A DNA stretch of 63,605 bases from the NCBI GenBank assembly GCA_038202855.1, contig JBBREO010000001.1, forward strand, positions 1 through 63,605, given 5' to 3'. This DNA is from Solirubrobacterales bacterium. Lineage in GTDB: Bacteria; Actinomycetota; Thermoleophilia; Solirubrobacterales; Thermoleophilaceae. The first letter of the stretch is position 1, and the number at the start of each line of letters is the position of its first letter. This document shows positions 21,497 to 30,225 of this stretch, piece after piece. The translations under genes and the position numbers were made by a program. The notes below the pieces were generated by a model. It was not told the origin of the DNA, did no database searches, and saw nothing but the letters and a program-made list of their open reading frames with translations.

Positions 21497-21524
21497 GGAA
21501 GAACCTCGCTCACGGGAGAACCTC
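21491..21524 (-). repeat. Tandem 17-nt duplication of the aroA translation-initiation region
   Basis: The copies are GCTCACGGAAGAACCTC (21491..21507) and GCTCACGGGAGAACCTC (21508..21524), differing at 1 position. On the minus strand each copy reads GAGGTTCTyCCGTGAGC, which is an SD followed by GTG. Confidence 0.8.
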
Positions 21525-21556
21525 GCTGCGCACCCGGCCGAGCCGGCTGCTTGCGC

Positions 21557-22615
21557 TCACGACTCGGCCACGGCGAAGCCCAGGGCGCCGATCAACCCGC
21601 GCGCACGCTCGGCCTCCTCGTCCCCGGCGATCCACAGCGTGATCGCCCCCGAGCGCATGTCGGGCGCCGGCGCCAGCGCCAGATCGACGATGTTCACCCC
21701 GGCCTTGCCGAGCTCGAGCGCCACCTCGGCGACGATACCGGGCCGGTTGGGCACCGTTAGGCGCAACTCGTGAACCCTTCCCACGCGCGACTCGGCGGCC
21801 AGCAGGCGGGCGCGCTGGGCCGCCGCCTCGTCCTGCCAGGCGGCCAAGCCGGCGCGGTCGCCGGCGCGCAGATCGGCCCCCACGGCGCGCAGGCGCTCCC
21901 CTGCCGCGTCGATCTCGTCGGCCAGCGCCAGCCGGTTGGCCATGTAGATGTCGGTCCAGATCGAGGGGTTGGCCCCCGCCACCCGGGTGGCGTCGCGAAA
22001 GCTCGGCCCGATCCGGGGCGGCTCGCCCTCGGCGGCAACCTGGGCCACCAGCACGTTGGCCAGCACGTGGGGCAGGTGGCTCACCGCGGCAAGCAACCGG
22101 TCGTGGGCCGCGGCCTCGATGGCCACGGGACCGGCCCCGAGGCTCACTATCAGCCGGTGCAGGCGCTCGTAGAGCACGCCCGAGGAGCCGGGCGTGGGGG
22201 TCAGGTACCAGACGGCGCCCTGGAACAGGTCGGCGCGGGCGTGCTCCACGCCCGAGGTCTCCGCCCCGGCGATCGGGTGGCCGCCCACGAAGCGCTCGTC
22301 GGCCACCGAGTCGACCAGCCGCTCCTTCACCGACCCCACATCGGTGACCACGCAGTCGGCCGCCGCGGCTGCCAACGCGGCCACCACCTGTTCGGGCACG
22401 GCACCGACGGGTGCGCAGCAGAAGCAGGCCTGGGCGCCCTCCAGCGCCTCGTCCAGCGAGCCGGCGGCGTGGTCGATCGCCCCCAGCGCCCGCGCGGCCT
22501 CCAGCCGCTCGGGGCTGCGCCCGAAGCCCGTCACGGTCACGTCCTCGAGCTGCTCGCGGGCGGCCAGGCCGATCGAGCCGCCGATCAGCCCGACCCCGAG
22601 CACGGCGATCCTCAC
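21557..22615 (-). CDS. tyrA: Prephenate dehydrogenase with a C-terminal ACT domain
   Basis: It has an N-terminal Rossmann fold (VRIAVLGVGLIGGSIG), a HPIAG motif and an ACT-like tail (LRLTVPNRPGIVAEVALELG). I trimmed it to the GTG at 22615, which overlaps the upstream stop (GTGA). Confidence 0.85.
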   Translation of the reverse strand: MRIAVLGVGLIGGSIGLAAREQLEDVTVTGFGRSPERLEAARALGAIDHAAGSLDEALEGAQACFCCAPVGAVPEQVVAALAAAAADCVVTDVGSVKERLVDSVADERFVGGHPIAGAETSGVEHARADLFQGAVWYLTPTPGSSGVLYERLHRLIVSLGAGPVAIEAAAHDRLLAAVSHLPHVLANVLVAQVAAEGEPPRIGPSFRDATRVAGANPSIWTDIYMANRLALADEIDAAGERLRAVGADLRAGDRAGLAAWQDEAAAQRARLLAAESRVGRVHELRLTVPNRPGIVAEVALELGKAGVNIVDLALAPAPDMRSGAITLWIAGDEEAERARGLIGALGFAVAES

Positions 22616-23688
22616 GGGGAGTCGCGGCGTGCGCGCACGGCCGCGGCCAGGCCGTCGAGCACCTCGACCGTGGTGTCCCAGTCCATGCAGGCGTCGGTGA
22701 TCGACTGCCCGTAGGTGAGCGGGCCGCCGAGGTCCTGGCGCCCACCGACCAGGAAGGACTCGAGCATCGTGCCCACGACCGCGCGGCTGCCCGCCGAGAT
22801 CTGGCCGGCCACGTCGCCCGCCACCTCGCGCTGGCGGGCGGGGTCCTTGCCCGAGTTGTCGTGCGACGCGTCGATCACCACCCGTTCGGGCAGCCCGGCC
22901 GCCCGCAGCTGGGCCAGCGCGTCGCCCACCGGGCCCGAGCCGTAGTTCTGCAGGTTGCGTCCGCCGCGCAGGATGATGTGGCCGTCGGGGTTGCCCGTGG
23001 TGCGCAGGATGGCCGGGGTGCCGGTGCGATCGACGCCGGTGAAGGCGTGCGGCGCGGCGGCCGCGCGAACGGCGTCGACGGCCACCTGGACGTTGCCGTC
23101 CGTGCCGTTCTTGAAGCCGACCGGCATCGACAGCCCCGAGCCCAGCTGGCGATGGATCTGGCTCTCGGTCGTGCGCGCTCCGATGGCTCCCCACACCACC
23201 GTGTCGGAGATGTACTGCGGGATGATCGGGTCGAGGAACTCGCAGCCCACCGGCAGGCCCAGCTCGAGCACCTCGAGGAGCAGCGTGCGGGCCATCTTCA
23301 GACCCGTGTTCACGTCGCCGGAGTCGTCCAGGTGGGGGTCGTTGATCATCCCCTTCCACCCCGTCGTGGTGCGCGGCTTCTCGAAGTAGACCCGCATGGC
23401 CACGAGCAGATCCGATTCCAGCTCGGCCGCTCGCGCGGCCAGCCGGGCGGCGTAGTCGCGCGCGGCCTCCACATCGTGGACGCTGCAGGGGCCGACCACG
23501 ACGAGCAGGCGGTCGTCCTCGCGGTCGAGGATTCGCGTGACCCCCTCGCGGCCCCGGACCACCACCTCGGCATGGGCCGGGGTCAGCGGTAGCCGCGCCT
23601 GGAGGTCGGAGGGGCGATCGAGCGCCTCGATGCGCTCGATCCGCAGGTCACGGATCGCGCCCAGGTCGGTGGAGGGCGGCACGGTCAC
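22612..23688 (-). CDS. aroG: DAHP synthase, class I-alpha (AroF/G/H type)
   Basis: 358 aa with GPCSVHD, RVYFEKPRTTTGWKGMINDP, MPVGFKNGTDG and IDASHDNS blocks. The GTG at 23688 comes directly after the upstream stop. Confidence 0.9.
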   Translation of the reverse strand: MTVPPSTDLGAIRDLRIERIEALDRPSDLQARLPLTPAHAEVVVRGREGVTRILDREDDRLLVVVGPCSVHDVEAARDYAARLAARAAELESDLLVAMRVYFEKPRTTTGWKGMINDPHLDDSGDVNTGLKMARTLLLEVLELGLPVGCEFLDPIIPQYISDTVVWGAIGARTTESQIHRQLGSGLSMPVGFKNGTDGNVQVAVDAVRAAAAPHAFTGVDRTGTPAILRTTGNPDGHIILRGGRNLQNYGSGPVGDALAQLRAAGLPERVVIDASHDNSGKDPARQREVAGDVAGQISAGSRAVVGTMLESFLVGGRQDLGGPLTYGQSITDACMDWDTTVEVLDGLAAAVRARRDSP

Positions 23689-23689
23689 C

Positions 23690-24463
23690 TCAGGCCGCCG
23701 CCGCCACCGGCTCGCGTTCGGCCGCCGCCCGGGCCACCGCCTCGACCCTGCGCAGGTAGTCGGCGAACCCGGCCGTGGGCAGCTGCTGGGCGCCGTCGCA
23801 GATGGCGCTCTCCGGGTCGGGATGCACCTCCACGATGATGCCGTCCGCGCCCGCCGCAGCGGCGGCCATCGACATGGCCGGCACCAGCGACCGGTCACCC
23901 GCGGCGTGACTGGGATCGACGATCACCGGCAGGCCGGTGCGCTGCTTGAGCACGGGCACGGCCATCAGGTCGAGCGTGAAGCGGTAGCCGGTCTCGAAGG
24001 TGCGGATTCCGCGCTCGCACAGGATCACGTCCGTATTGCCCTCCTTGAGCACGTACTCGGCGGCCATCAGCAGCTCGTCGAGGGTGGCCGATATGCCGCG
24101 CTTGATCACCACGGGCAGCCCCGCTCGGCCGATCTCGGTGAGCAGTCCGTAGTTCTGCATGTTGCGCGCGCCCACCTGCACCACGTCGGCCACCGCGGCC
24201 ACCGCGTCGAGGTCGCGCACGTCGAGCAGCTCGGTGACGACGGGCAAGCCGGTCTCGGCCTTGGCCTCGGCGAGCAGGCGCAGGCCCTCCTCTCCCAGAC
24301 CCTGGAACGAGTAGGGCGAGGTGCGTGGCTTGTAGGCGCCGCCGCGCAGCATGGCGGCGCCGGCCGCCCTCACGGCCCGCGCGGTCTCGAGCAGCGTGTC
24401 GCGCGACTCGACGGTGCACGGCCCGGCGATGGTGGTGAAGCCGGTGGTTCTCAGTGATCCCAT
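23690..24463 (-). CDS. DAHP synthase, class I-beta (KDO8PS-like, core-only form)
   Basis: About 257 aa with [34 protein letters not shown] and VDPSHA blocks. It has no fused regulatory or chorismate mutase domain. I chose the ATG at 24463 because of the SD GAGGAAAG. The track start is TTG at 24475. Confidence 0.85.
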   Translation of the reverse strand: MGSLRTTGFTTIAGPCTVESRDTLLETARAVRAAGAAMLRGGAYKPRTSPYSFQGLGEEGLRLLAEAKAETGLPVVTELLDVRDLDAVAAVADVVQVGARNMQNYGLLTEIGRAGLPVVIKRGISATLDELLMAAEYVLKEGNTDVILCERGIRTFETGYRFTLDLMAVPVLKQRTGLPVIVDPSHAAGDRSLVPAMSMAAAAAGADGIIVEVHPDPESAICDGAQQLPTAGFADYLRRVEAVARAAAEREPVAAAA

Positions 24464-24567
24464 TGCTTTCCTCAAGCTAGACGTTGGCGATGCGGTGCTG
24501 CGGGGGTCGGCGCCCGGACGGGACTCGGATGTCGGTCGGCGGCAGGAGCGCTGCCGTGGCCGGACGC

Positions 24568-24663
24568 CTAGCTAAATCGCCAATACGCCGCGAAGGCACG
24601 CCAGGAGTCGCCGCGGAGGGCGCTCGTGCGAGGGGCGTGCGTGGTGCTGCGCGGCATCGGCAT
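24568..24663 (-). promoter_or_regulatory. Candidate attenuator leader peptide rich in Trp/Phe/Tyr codons
   Basis: The 31 codons read [31 protein letters not shown] followed by TAG. It ends 105 nt upstream of the first DAHP synthase start. The ORF is too short to appear in the track. Confidence 0.55.
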
Positions 24664-24731
24664 GACTTCTAGCACGGATCGGCGGTCGGGGCCAGCGCTT
24701 GAGCGGCGGCGCGGCGGGTACAGGGGCGTCC

Positions 24732-25598
24732 ATGATCGCCATGCTCGGCACGGGAACGATGGGCGCGCCGATGGCGCGCAACCTGAAGGCGGCGGGCCTG
24801 GACGTGCGCGTCTGGAACCGCACGCCGGAGAAGGCGCAACCGCTGGCCGACGACGGGATCGAGGTGGTCGGCTCGGCCGAGGAGGCGGTGCGCGGCGCCG
24901 ACATCGTGATCACGGTGCTCTCCGACGGCGACGCGGTGACCGAAGCGATGGAGGACGGCGGCGCCCTGGCCGCGATGGCCGACGACGCCCTCTGGGTGCA
25001 GATGTCCACCGTCGGCATCGCCGCCACCGAGGCGCTCGCCGCGCTGGCCGAGGAGCGCGCGGTGCCCTTCGTCGACGCCCCGGTGCTGGGCACCAAGGCC
25101 CCCGCCGAGCAGGGCAAGCTGCAGGTGCTGGCCTCCGGACCCGAGGACCAGCGAGAGCGCTGCGCGCCCGTGTTCGACGCCGTGGGCGCCTCCACCCGTT
25201 GGCTCGGCGAGGCCGGCGCCGGCACGCGCGCCAAGCTGGTGCTCAACTCCTGGCTGCTCTCCCTCACCGAGAGCGTGGCCGAGACCGTGGCCTTCGCCGA
25301 GGCCATCGACGTCGACCCGAAGATCTTCCTGGAGACCATCGAGGCCGGCCCGCTCGACTCGGCCTACGCCCAGACGAAGGGCGGGGCGATGCTCGAGCGC
25401 TCCTTCGACCCCTCCTTCTCCCTGTCGCTTGCGCGCAAGGACGCCGGCCTGGTGCTCGAGGCGGCCGAGCGCCACGACCAGGAGATGCCCCTGGTCGAGG
25501 TGACCGAGCGTCAGATGAGCCGCGCCGTCGGCGACGGCCACGGCGACGAGGACATGGCGGCCACCTACTGGGCCAGCGCGCCGGAGCGCCAGGGCTAG
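24732..25598 (+). CDS. NAD(P)-dependent oxidoreductase, 3-hydroxyisobutyrate/6-phosphogluconate dehydrogenase-like
   Basis: The N-terminus is MIAMLGTGTMGAPMARNL. The length and helical C-terminal domain are typical of the family. I trimmed it to the ATG at 24732. Confidence 0.85.
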   Translation: MIAMLGTGTMGAPMARNLKAAGLDVRVWNRTPEKAQPLADDGIEVVGSAEEAVRGADIVITVLSDGDAVTEAMEDGGALAAMADDALWVQMSTVGIAATEALAALAEERAVPFVDAPVLGTKAPAEQGKLQVLASGPEDQRERCAPVFDAVGASTRWLGEAGAGTRAKLVLNSWLLSLTESVAETVAFAEAIDVDPKIFLETIEAGPLDSAYAQTKGGAMLERSFDPSFSLSLARKDAGLVLEAAERHDQEMPLVEVTERQMSRAVGDGHGDEDMAATYWASAPERQG

Positions 25599-26674
25599 AG
25601 CAGCGCGTCCAGCGCCGTCAGGAAGGCGTCGTTCTCGGCGCGGGTGCCGTATGTCACCCGCAGCCTCCCCTCCTCGCCGAGCGCCGAGCCCGCCCGCACG
25701 ATCACGCCGCGCTCGGCCAGGCCGTCCACCACCGCGTGCTCGTCGCGGTCGCCCAGGGAGATCCACGAGAAGTTGGCCTGGCTCTCGGTGGACTCCAGCC
25801 CGCGCTCGGCCAGCTCGGTCTCCATGTGCACACGCTCGATCACCGTGGCCTCCACCCGGCGGGCGATCTCGTCGCCGTGGCGGAGCGCCTCGACGGCCGC
25901 GGCCTGGGCCAGGGTGTTCACCGAGAAGGGCTGACGCACGTGGTCGATCGCGCGCCGGAAGCGCTCGGGGCCCAGCGCGTAGCCCGCGCGCAGGCCACAC
26001 AGCCCGTAGATCTTGGAGAACGTGCGCAGCACGATCAGGTTGGAGTGGCGGCCGGCCAGCTCGACCGAGTCGGCCGGGTCCTGGAGCAGGTTGAACTCCA
26101 CGTAGGCCTCGTCGAGGATCACCGCCACGTGGTCTGGCACTCCGGCCACGAAGGCGGCGATTTCGTCCGGGGGCAGCGCGGTGGCCGTCGGGTTGTTGGG
26201 GTTGCAGACCAGCACGAGGCGGGTGGCGGCGGTGATCTCGCGGGCCATGGCGTCGAGGTCGTGGCGGCCCTCGGAGTCCAGCGGAACGCGGATCTCGGTG
26301 GCGCCCGACTGGGCGGCGAGCATCGGATAGACCGAGAAGGAGGGCCAGGCGTAGACCAGCTCGGCGCCCGGCTCGAGCAGGGCGTCGGCGGCGGCGAGCA
26401 GGATCTCGCAGGAGCCGTTGCCGACGGTCACGCGATCGGCGCCCACGCCCGTGCGGTCCGAGATCGCCTTGCGCAGCGCCGCCTTGTCGGGGTCGGGGTA
26501 GCGGTTGAGAGTCTCGAGCTGGCCCTGGATCGCTCCCACCACGGCGGCCGGGGGGCCGAACGGGCTCTCGTTGGAGGCCAGCTTGACCAGCTCACCGCCG
26601 TGCGCGTAGGAGCTCGCCTGGGGGTAGGCGGGAATGTCCTCCAGCCTGCGGTTGAACTCGATTCCCGGGCTCAC
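25595..26674 (-). CDS. hisC: Histidinol-phosphate/aromatic aminotransferase (class II PLP)
   Basis: It has KLASNESPFGPP, NPNNPT and the FSKIYGLCGLRAGY lysine block. The GTG at 26674 overlaps the aroH stop. Its context next to chorismate mutase suggests an aromatic role. Confidence 0.85.
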   Translation of the reverse strand: MSPGIEFNRRLEDIPAYPQASSYAHGGELVKLASNESPFGPPAAVVGAIQGQLETLNRYPDPDKAALRKAISDRTGVGADRVTVGNGSCEILLAAADALLEPGAELVYAWPSFSVYPMLAAQSGATEIRVPLDSEGRHDLDAMAREITAATRLVLVCNPNNPTATALPPDEIAAFVAGVPDHVAVILDEAYVEFNLLQDPADSVELAGRHSNLIVLRTFSKIYGLCGLRAGYALGPERFRRAIDHVRQPFSVNTLAQAAAVEALRHGDEIARRVEATVIERVHMETELAERGLESTESQANFSWISLGDRDEHAVVDGLAERGVIVRAGSALGEEGRLRVTYGTRAENDAFLTALDALL

Positions 26675-27036
26675 TGGGCCCCCTCCAGGTCGCGGCGCAG
26701 GGCCACGGCCTCGCGCAGATAGACGTGGCGGGCCGGCGTGTCCGGCTCGGCGTAGGCGTGCAGCATCATCCGGATCACCCGCGGCAGCGAGCCGGGCACG
26801 GGCATCTCGCGCGTGCACAGCAGCGGCACGGCGCTCAGCCCCATCCGGCGCGCGGCCACGGCGGGGAACTCGGCGTCCAGGTCGTCGGTGCAGGTGAAGA
26901 TGCAGGAGACCATGTCCTCGACGCGCAGGCCGTTTCGGTCGATCACCTCGCGCATGAGCTCGTCCGTCGCCTCCAGGATGGCGTCCGCCTCGTTCGCGGC
27001 GACCGTCGTCGCCCCTCTCAGTGCCCGCAGCCTCAC
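26671..27036 (-). CDS. aroH: Chorismate mutase, AroH (monofunctional) type
   Basis: 121 aa. It reads VRLRALRGATTV...SCIFTCTDDL...PLLCTREM, typical of AroH. The GTG at 27036 overlaps the rluB stop. Confidence 0.85.
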   Translation of the reverse strand: MRLRALRGATTVAANEADAILEATDELMREVIDRNGLRVEDMVSCIFTCTDDLDAEFPAVAARRMGLSAVPLLCTREMPVPGSLPRVIRMMLHAYAEPDTPARHVYLREAVALRRDLEGAQ

Positions 27037-27746
27037 GCGGCGGGATTGTTCCAGCCCGCCGCCGCGCGCAGGCGATCGACCTCTTCCTCGTCCAGCCGGC
27101 GCGACTCGCCCTCGGGCAGCCGGTCGAGGGTGAGGGGCCCGAAGGCCACGCGCTCCAGGGCGATCACGCGGTGGCCGACGGCCTCGATCATGCGCCGCAC
27201 CTGGCGCTTGCGCCCCTCGGAGATCACCACCTCCAGCGACCCGGGCTCGATCATCCGCACCCTGGCCGGGTAGGTCTTGCCGTCCTCCAACTCCACCCCG
27301 CCGCGCAGCCGGTCCAGCGCCGATGGGGAGACGTCGGCGGGCAAGACGATGGCGCGGTAGACCTTCTCCACGCCGTAGCGGGGATGGGTCAGGCGGTCGG
27401 CCAGCTCGCCGTCGTTGGTCAAGAGGATCAGGCCGGTGGTGTCCGCGTCCAGGCGCCCGACGGGGTAGAGGCGGCGTTGGGAGGCGACGTACTCGACCAC
27501 CGTGCGCCGCCCGTGGGTGTCCGCGGCGGTGGACACCACCCCCGCCGGCTTGTGCAGCGCGTGCACCTCGCGCGGCTCGGGCCCCACCGGCCGCCCGTCC
27601 ACCTCCACGCCGCTCGACTCGTCCACGTCGCGGGCCGGGTCGTCGATCGGCTGGCCGGCCACGCTCACCCGCCCCTCGGCGATCATCCGCTCCGAGGCGC
27701 GCCGTGAGGCGACGCCGGAGTGGGCCAGGAACTTGGCGAGGCGCAT
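27033..27746 (-). CDS. rluB: Pseudouridine synthase, RluB/RsuA family
   Basis: It has an S4 domain (MRLAKFLAHSGVASRR) and the catalytic GRLDADTTGL motif. Confidence 0.9.
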   Translation of the reverse strand: MRLAKFLAHSGVASRRASERMIAEGRVSVAGQPIDDPARDVDESSGVEVDGRPVGPEPREVHALHKPAGVVSTAADTHGRRTVVEYVASQRRLYPVGRLDADTTGLILLTNDGELADRLTHPRYGVEKVYRAIVLPADVSPSALDRLRGGVELEDGKTYPARVRMIEPGSLEVVISEGRKRQVRRMIEAVGHRVIALERVAFGPLTLDRLPEGESRRLDEEEVDRLRAAAGWNNPAA

Positions 27747-27773
27747 GGGCCAAGGCTGGCACAGCCGGGTCGG

Positions 27774-28037
27774 TCAGCCCGCGGCCGCGCCCCGAACCAC
27801 CGCGATCTGCTCCTCGCGCCGGCCCGGAGCCAGCAGGCCGGCTCGCTCCAGCTCCCCCGCGCGGGCCAGCACCAGCGGCCCCAGCGGCCCGGTGCGGCTG
27901 TCGACCACCTGTGCGTCCAAGCCCGCGGTCTCCATATCCGCGATCGTCTGCTCGATGTCGCAGAGAGACGACTGGACGATCAGCAGCGCGCCCCCGGGGG
28001 CGAGCCGCGCCGGGGCCGCGTCGATCCCGATGCCACG
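27774..28037 (-). pseudogene. C-terminal remnant of a HemK/small-domain type methyltransferase, with no N-terminal half present
   Basis: The last approx. 87 codons of track ORF 27774..29123 read RGIGIDAAPARLAPGGALLIVQSS...EEQIAVVRG, which looks like a methyltransferase C-terminus. Everything upstream is occupied by the well-supported plus-strand ybdK. Confidence 0.4.
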
Positions 28038-28049
28038 CGCGGGAAACCG

Positions 28050-29174
28050 ATGAGCGACGAGCAGCACGACGCCGACCGCCTGCGCACGGTCCTGGACCAG
28101 CCCGCCGCGCTCAGCGTGGGCCTCGAGGAGGAGGTGATGCTGCTCGACCGCGAGACGCTCGACCTCGCCCCGGTGGCCGCGCAGGTCCTGGCCCGCCTGG
28201 ACGGCGACGGGCGCTTCAAGCCCGAGCTGCCCGCCGCCCAGGTCGAGCTGATCACCCCGCCCAGCGAGGGCGTCGCGCAAGCCGGGCAGTCGCTGGCCGG
28301 GGCCCGCGCCGACCTGGAGGCGGCCGCTGCCGGGCTGGCGCTGCCCGCCGCGGCCGGGGTGCACCCGTTCACCCCGGCCGAAGGGGTGCTCAACCCCGAC
28401 GAGCGCTACCGCCACACGCGCGAGGAGTACGGCCCCGTGGCCCGCCGCCAGCTCGTCTTCGGACTTCACGTGCACGTCCGCGTCAACGGGGCCGAACGCG
28501 CCCTGGCCGTGTACAACGCGCTGCGCTCCTACCTCCCCGATCTGGCCGCCCTGGGAGCCAACGCGCCCTTCATCGCCGGGCGCGACTCCGGGATGGCCTC
28601 CGTGCGCCCCAAGATCTCCGAGTTGCTGCCCCGACAGGGGGTGCCGCCCGCCTTCGCCGACCTGGAGGAGTTGGTGGCCGCCCTCGAGTGGGGCGCGGCA
28701 GCGGGCGCGCTGCGCCACCGCGGGATGTGGTGGTGGGAGCTGCGGCTGCACCCGGAGTTCGGCACCGTGGAGGTGCGCGTGCCCGACCAGCAGACCACCG
28801 TGAATGACAGCGAGGCCGTCGCCGCGCTGACCCAATGCCTCGTGCGCCGGCTGGCCGATCGCCACGACGCGGGCCAGCCGCTGCCCGCGCATCCCACCTG
28901 GCGGATCGCCGAGAACCGCTGGTCGGCGGCCCGCCACGGCCTCGACGGGCAGATGGCCGACCTGGACAGCGGCGAGCCGCGCCCGACCCGCGAACGGCTG
29001 CGCGGGCTCGTCGACTCGCTCGCGCCCGAAGCCGACGCGCTGGACGCGCGTGCGGCCCTCGATCACGCGCGCGAGCTCGTGGAGCGAAACGGGGCCGAAC
29101 GCCAGCGCGAGGTGGCCGAGCACGGCGATCTGAGCGGCGTGGTACGGGACCTGGCCGAGCGATTCCGCGCCTGA
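28050..29174 (+). CDS. ybdK: Carboxylate-amine ligase, glutamate-cysteine ligase family 2 (YbdK type)
   Basis: 374 aa with an N-terminal LSVGLEEEVMLLD block, GVHPF, HVHV and WWELRLHPEFGTVEVRVPD. I trimmed it to the ATG at 28050. Confidence 0.85.
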   Translation: MSDEQHDADRLRTVLDQPAALSVGLEEEVMLLDRETLDLAPVAAQVLARLDGDGRFKPELPAAQVELITPPSEGVAQAGQSLAGARADLEAAAAGLALPAAAGVHPFTPAEGVLNPDERYRHTREEYGPVARRQLVFGLHVHVRVNGAERALAVYNALRSYLPDLAALGANAPFIAGRDSGMASVRPKISELLPRQGVPPAFADLEELVAALEWGAAAGALRHRGMWWWELRLHPEFGTVEVRVPDQQTTVNDSEAVAALTQCLVRRLADRHDAGQPLPAHPTWRIAENRWSAARHGLDGQMADLDSGEPRPTRERLRGLVDSLAPEADALDARAALDHARELVERNGAERQREVAEHGDLSGVVRDLAERFRA

Positions 29175-29220
29175 CCCGCCAGCGCGGATTAGAAGCGCTC
29201 GAACCGGGAATGAGCCAGCC

Positions 29221-30225
29221 GTGCCCCCCCTGCCCGCATCCCGGGGACCCCTCAGCGAGGGCCTACTGGAGGAGCTGCGGGAGCGCCCCCACGCGCTCTC
29301 GCTCGCCGTGTCCCCCAGCGCTGATCCGCTCGCCGACGAGGACGCGCAGCTGGCTCTGTACCTCTGCTATGAGCTGCACTACCGCGGGCTGGACGGAGTC
29401 GACGAGCGCTGGGAGTGGGAGCCGTCGCTGCTGGCGCTGCGCGCCCGGCTGGAGAACGAATTCGAGCGGGCCGTGCGCGAGGCGGCGCCGGTATCGCGAG
29501 GCTGCCCGCCGCCGTCGGAGTCGGACACCGCCCTGCGGGCGATCGCGGACGCCGACACCGGCCCTTCGCTCTCCCTCTTCCTCGCCCGCGAGGGCAGCGA
29601 CGAGCAGGTGCTCGAGTTCATGGTGCACCGGTCGGCGTACCAGCTCAAGGAGGCCGATCCACACACCTGGGCGCTGCCCCGCCTGAGTGGCCAGCCCAAG
29701 GCCGCGATGGTCGAGATCCAGGCCGACGAGTACGGCGGCGGTCGCTCCGACCGCATCCACGCGGAGCTGTACGCCCGGTCGCTGGAGGCCGTCGGCCTGA
29801 GCTCGGAGTACGGCTTCTACCTCGATCACATCCCCGCCCCGACCCTGGCCACGGTCAACCTGATGTCGATGTTCGGGCTGCACCGCCGCCTGCGGGGGGC
29901 GCTCGTGGGCCATCTGGCCCTGTTCGAGATGACCTCGTCGATTCCCAACCGCCGCTACGGCGACGCGCTGCGCCGGCTGGGGCGCACGGAGGCGACCGAG
30001 TTCTTCGACGAGCACGTGGAGGCCGACGCCGTGCACGAGAACATCGCGGCCGTCGACCTGGCCGGCGGCCTGATGCGCCAGGAGCCCACGCTGGGCCCCG
30101 ACGTGATGTTCGGGGCCGCGGCCCTCGGTGAGCTGGATCGGCGCTGGGCCGACCACCTGCTGGAGCGCTGGGCGGCGGGCGTGAGCTCGCTGCTCAGGCC
30201 GCTGCGCGAGCCCGCGACCGCCTAG
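29221..30225 (+). CDS. Iron-containing redox enzyme family protein (heme-oxygenase-like fold)
   Basis: 334 aa and all-helical. It has spaced acidic/His motifs (EFMVHRS, EIQADEYGGG, HAELY, LFEMTS, EHVEADAVHEN) as expected for the Haem_oxygenas_2 / HO-like di-iron family. The assignment is made from memory of that family. Confidence 0.7.
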   Translation: MPPLPASRGPLSEGLLEELRERPHALSLAVSPSADPLADEDAQLALYLCYELHYRGLDGVDERWEWEPSLLALRARLENEFERAVREAAPVSRGCPPPSESDTALRAIADADTGPSLSLFLAREGSDEQVLEFMVHRSAYQLKEADPHTWALPRLSGQPKAAMVEIQADEYGGGRSDRIHAELYARSLEAVGLSSEYGFYLDHIPAPTLATVNLMSMFGLHRRLRGALVGHLALFEMTSSIPNRRYGDALRRLGRTEATEFFDEHVEADAVHENIAAVDLAGGLMRQEPTLGPDVMFGAAALGELDRRWADHLLERWAAGVSSLLRPLREPATA

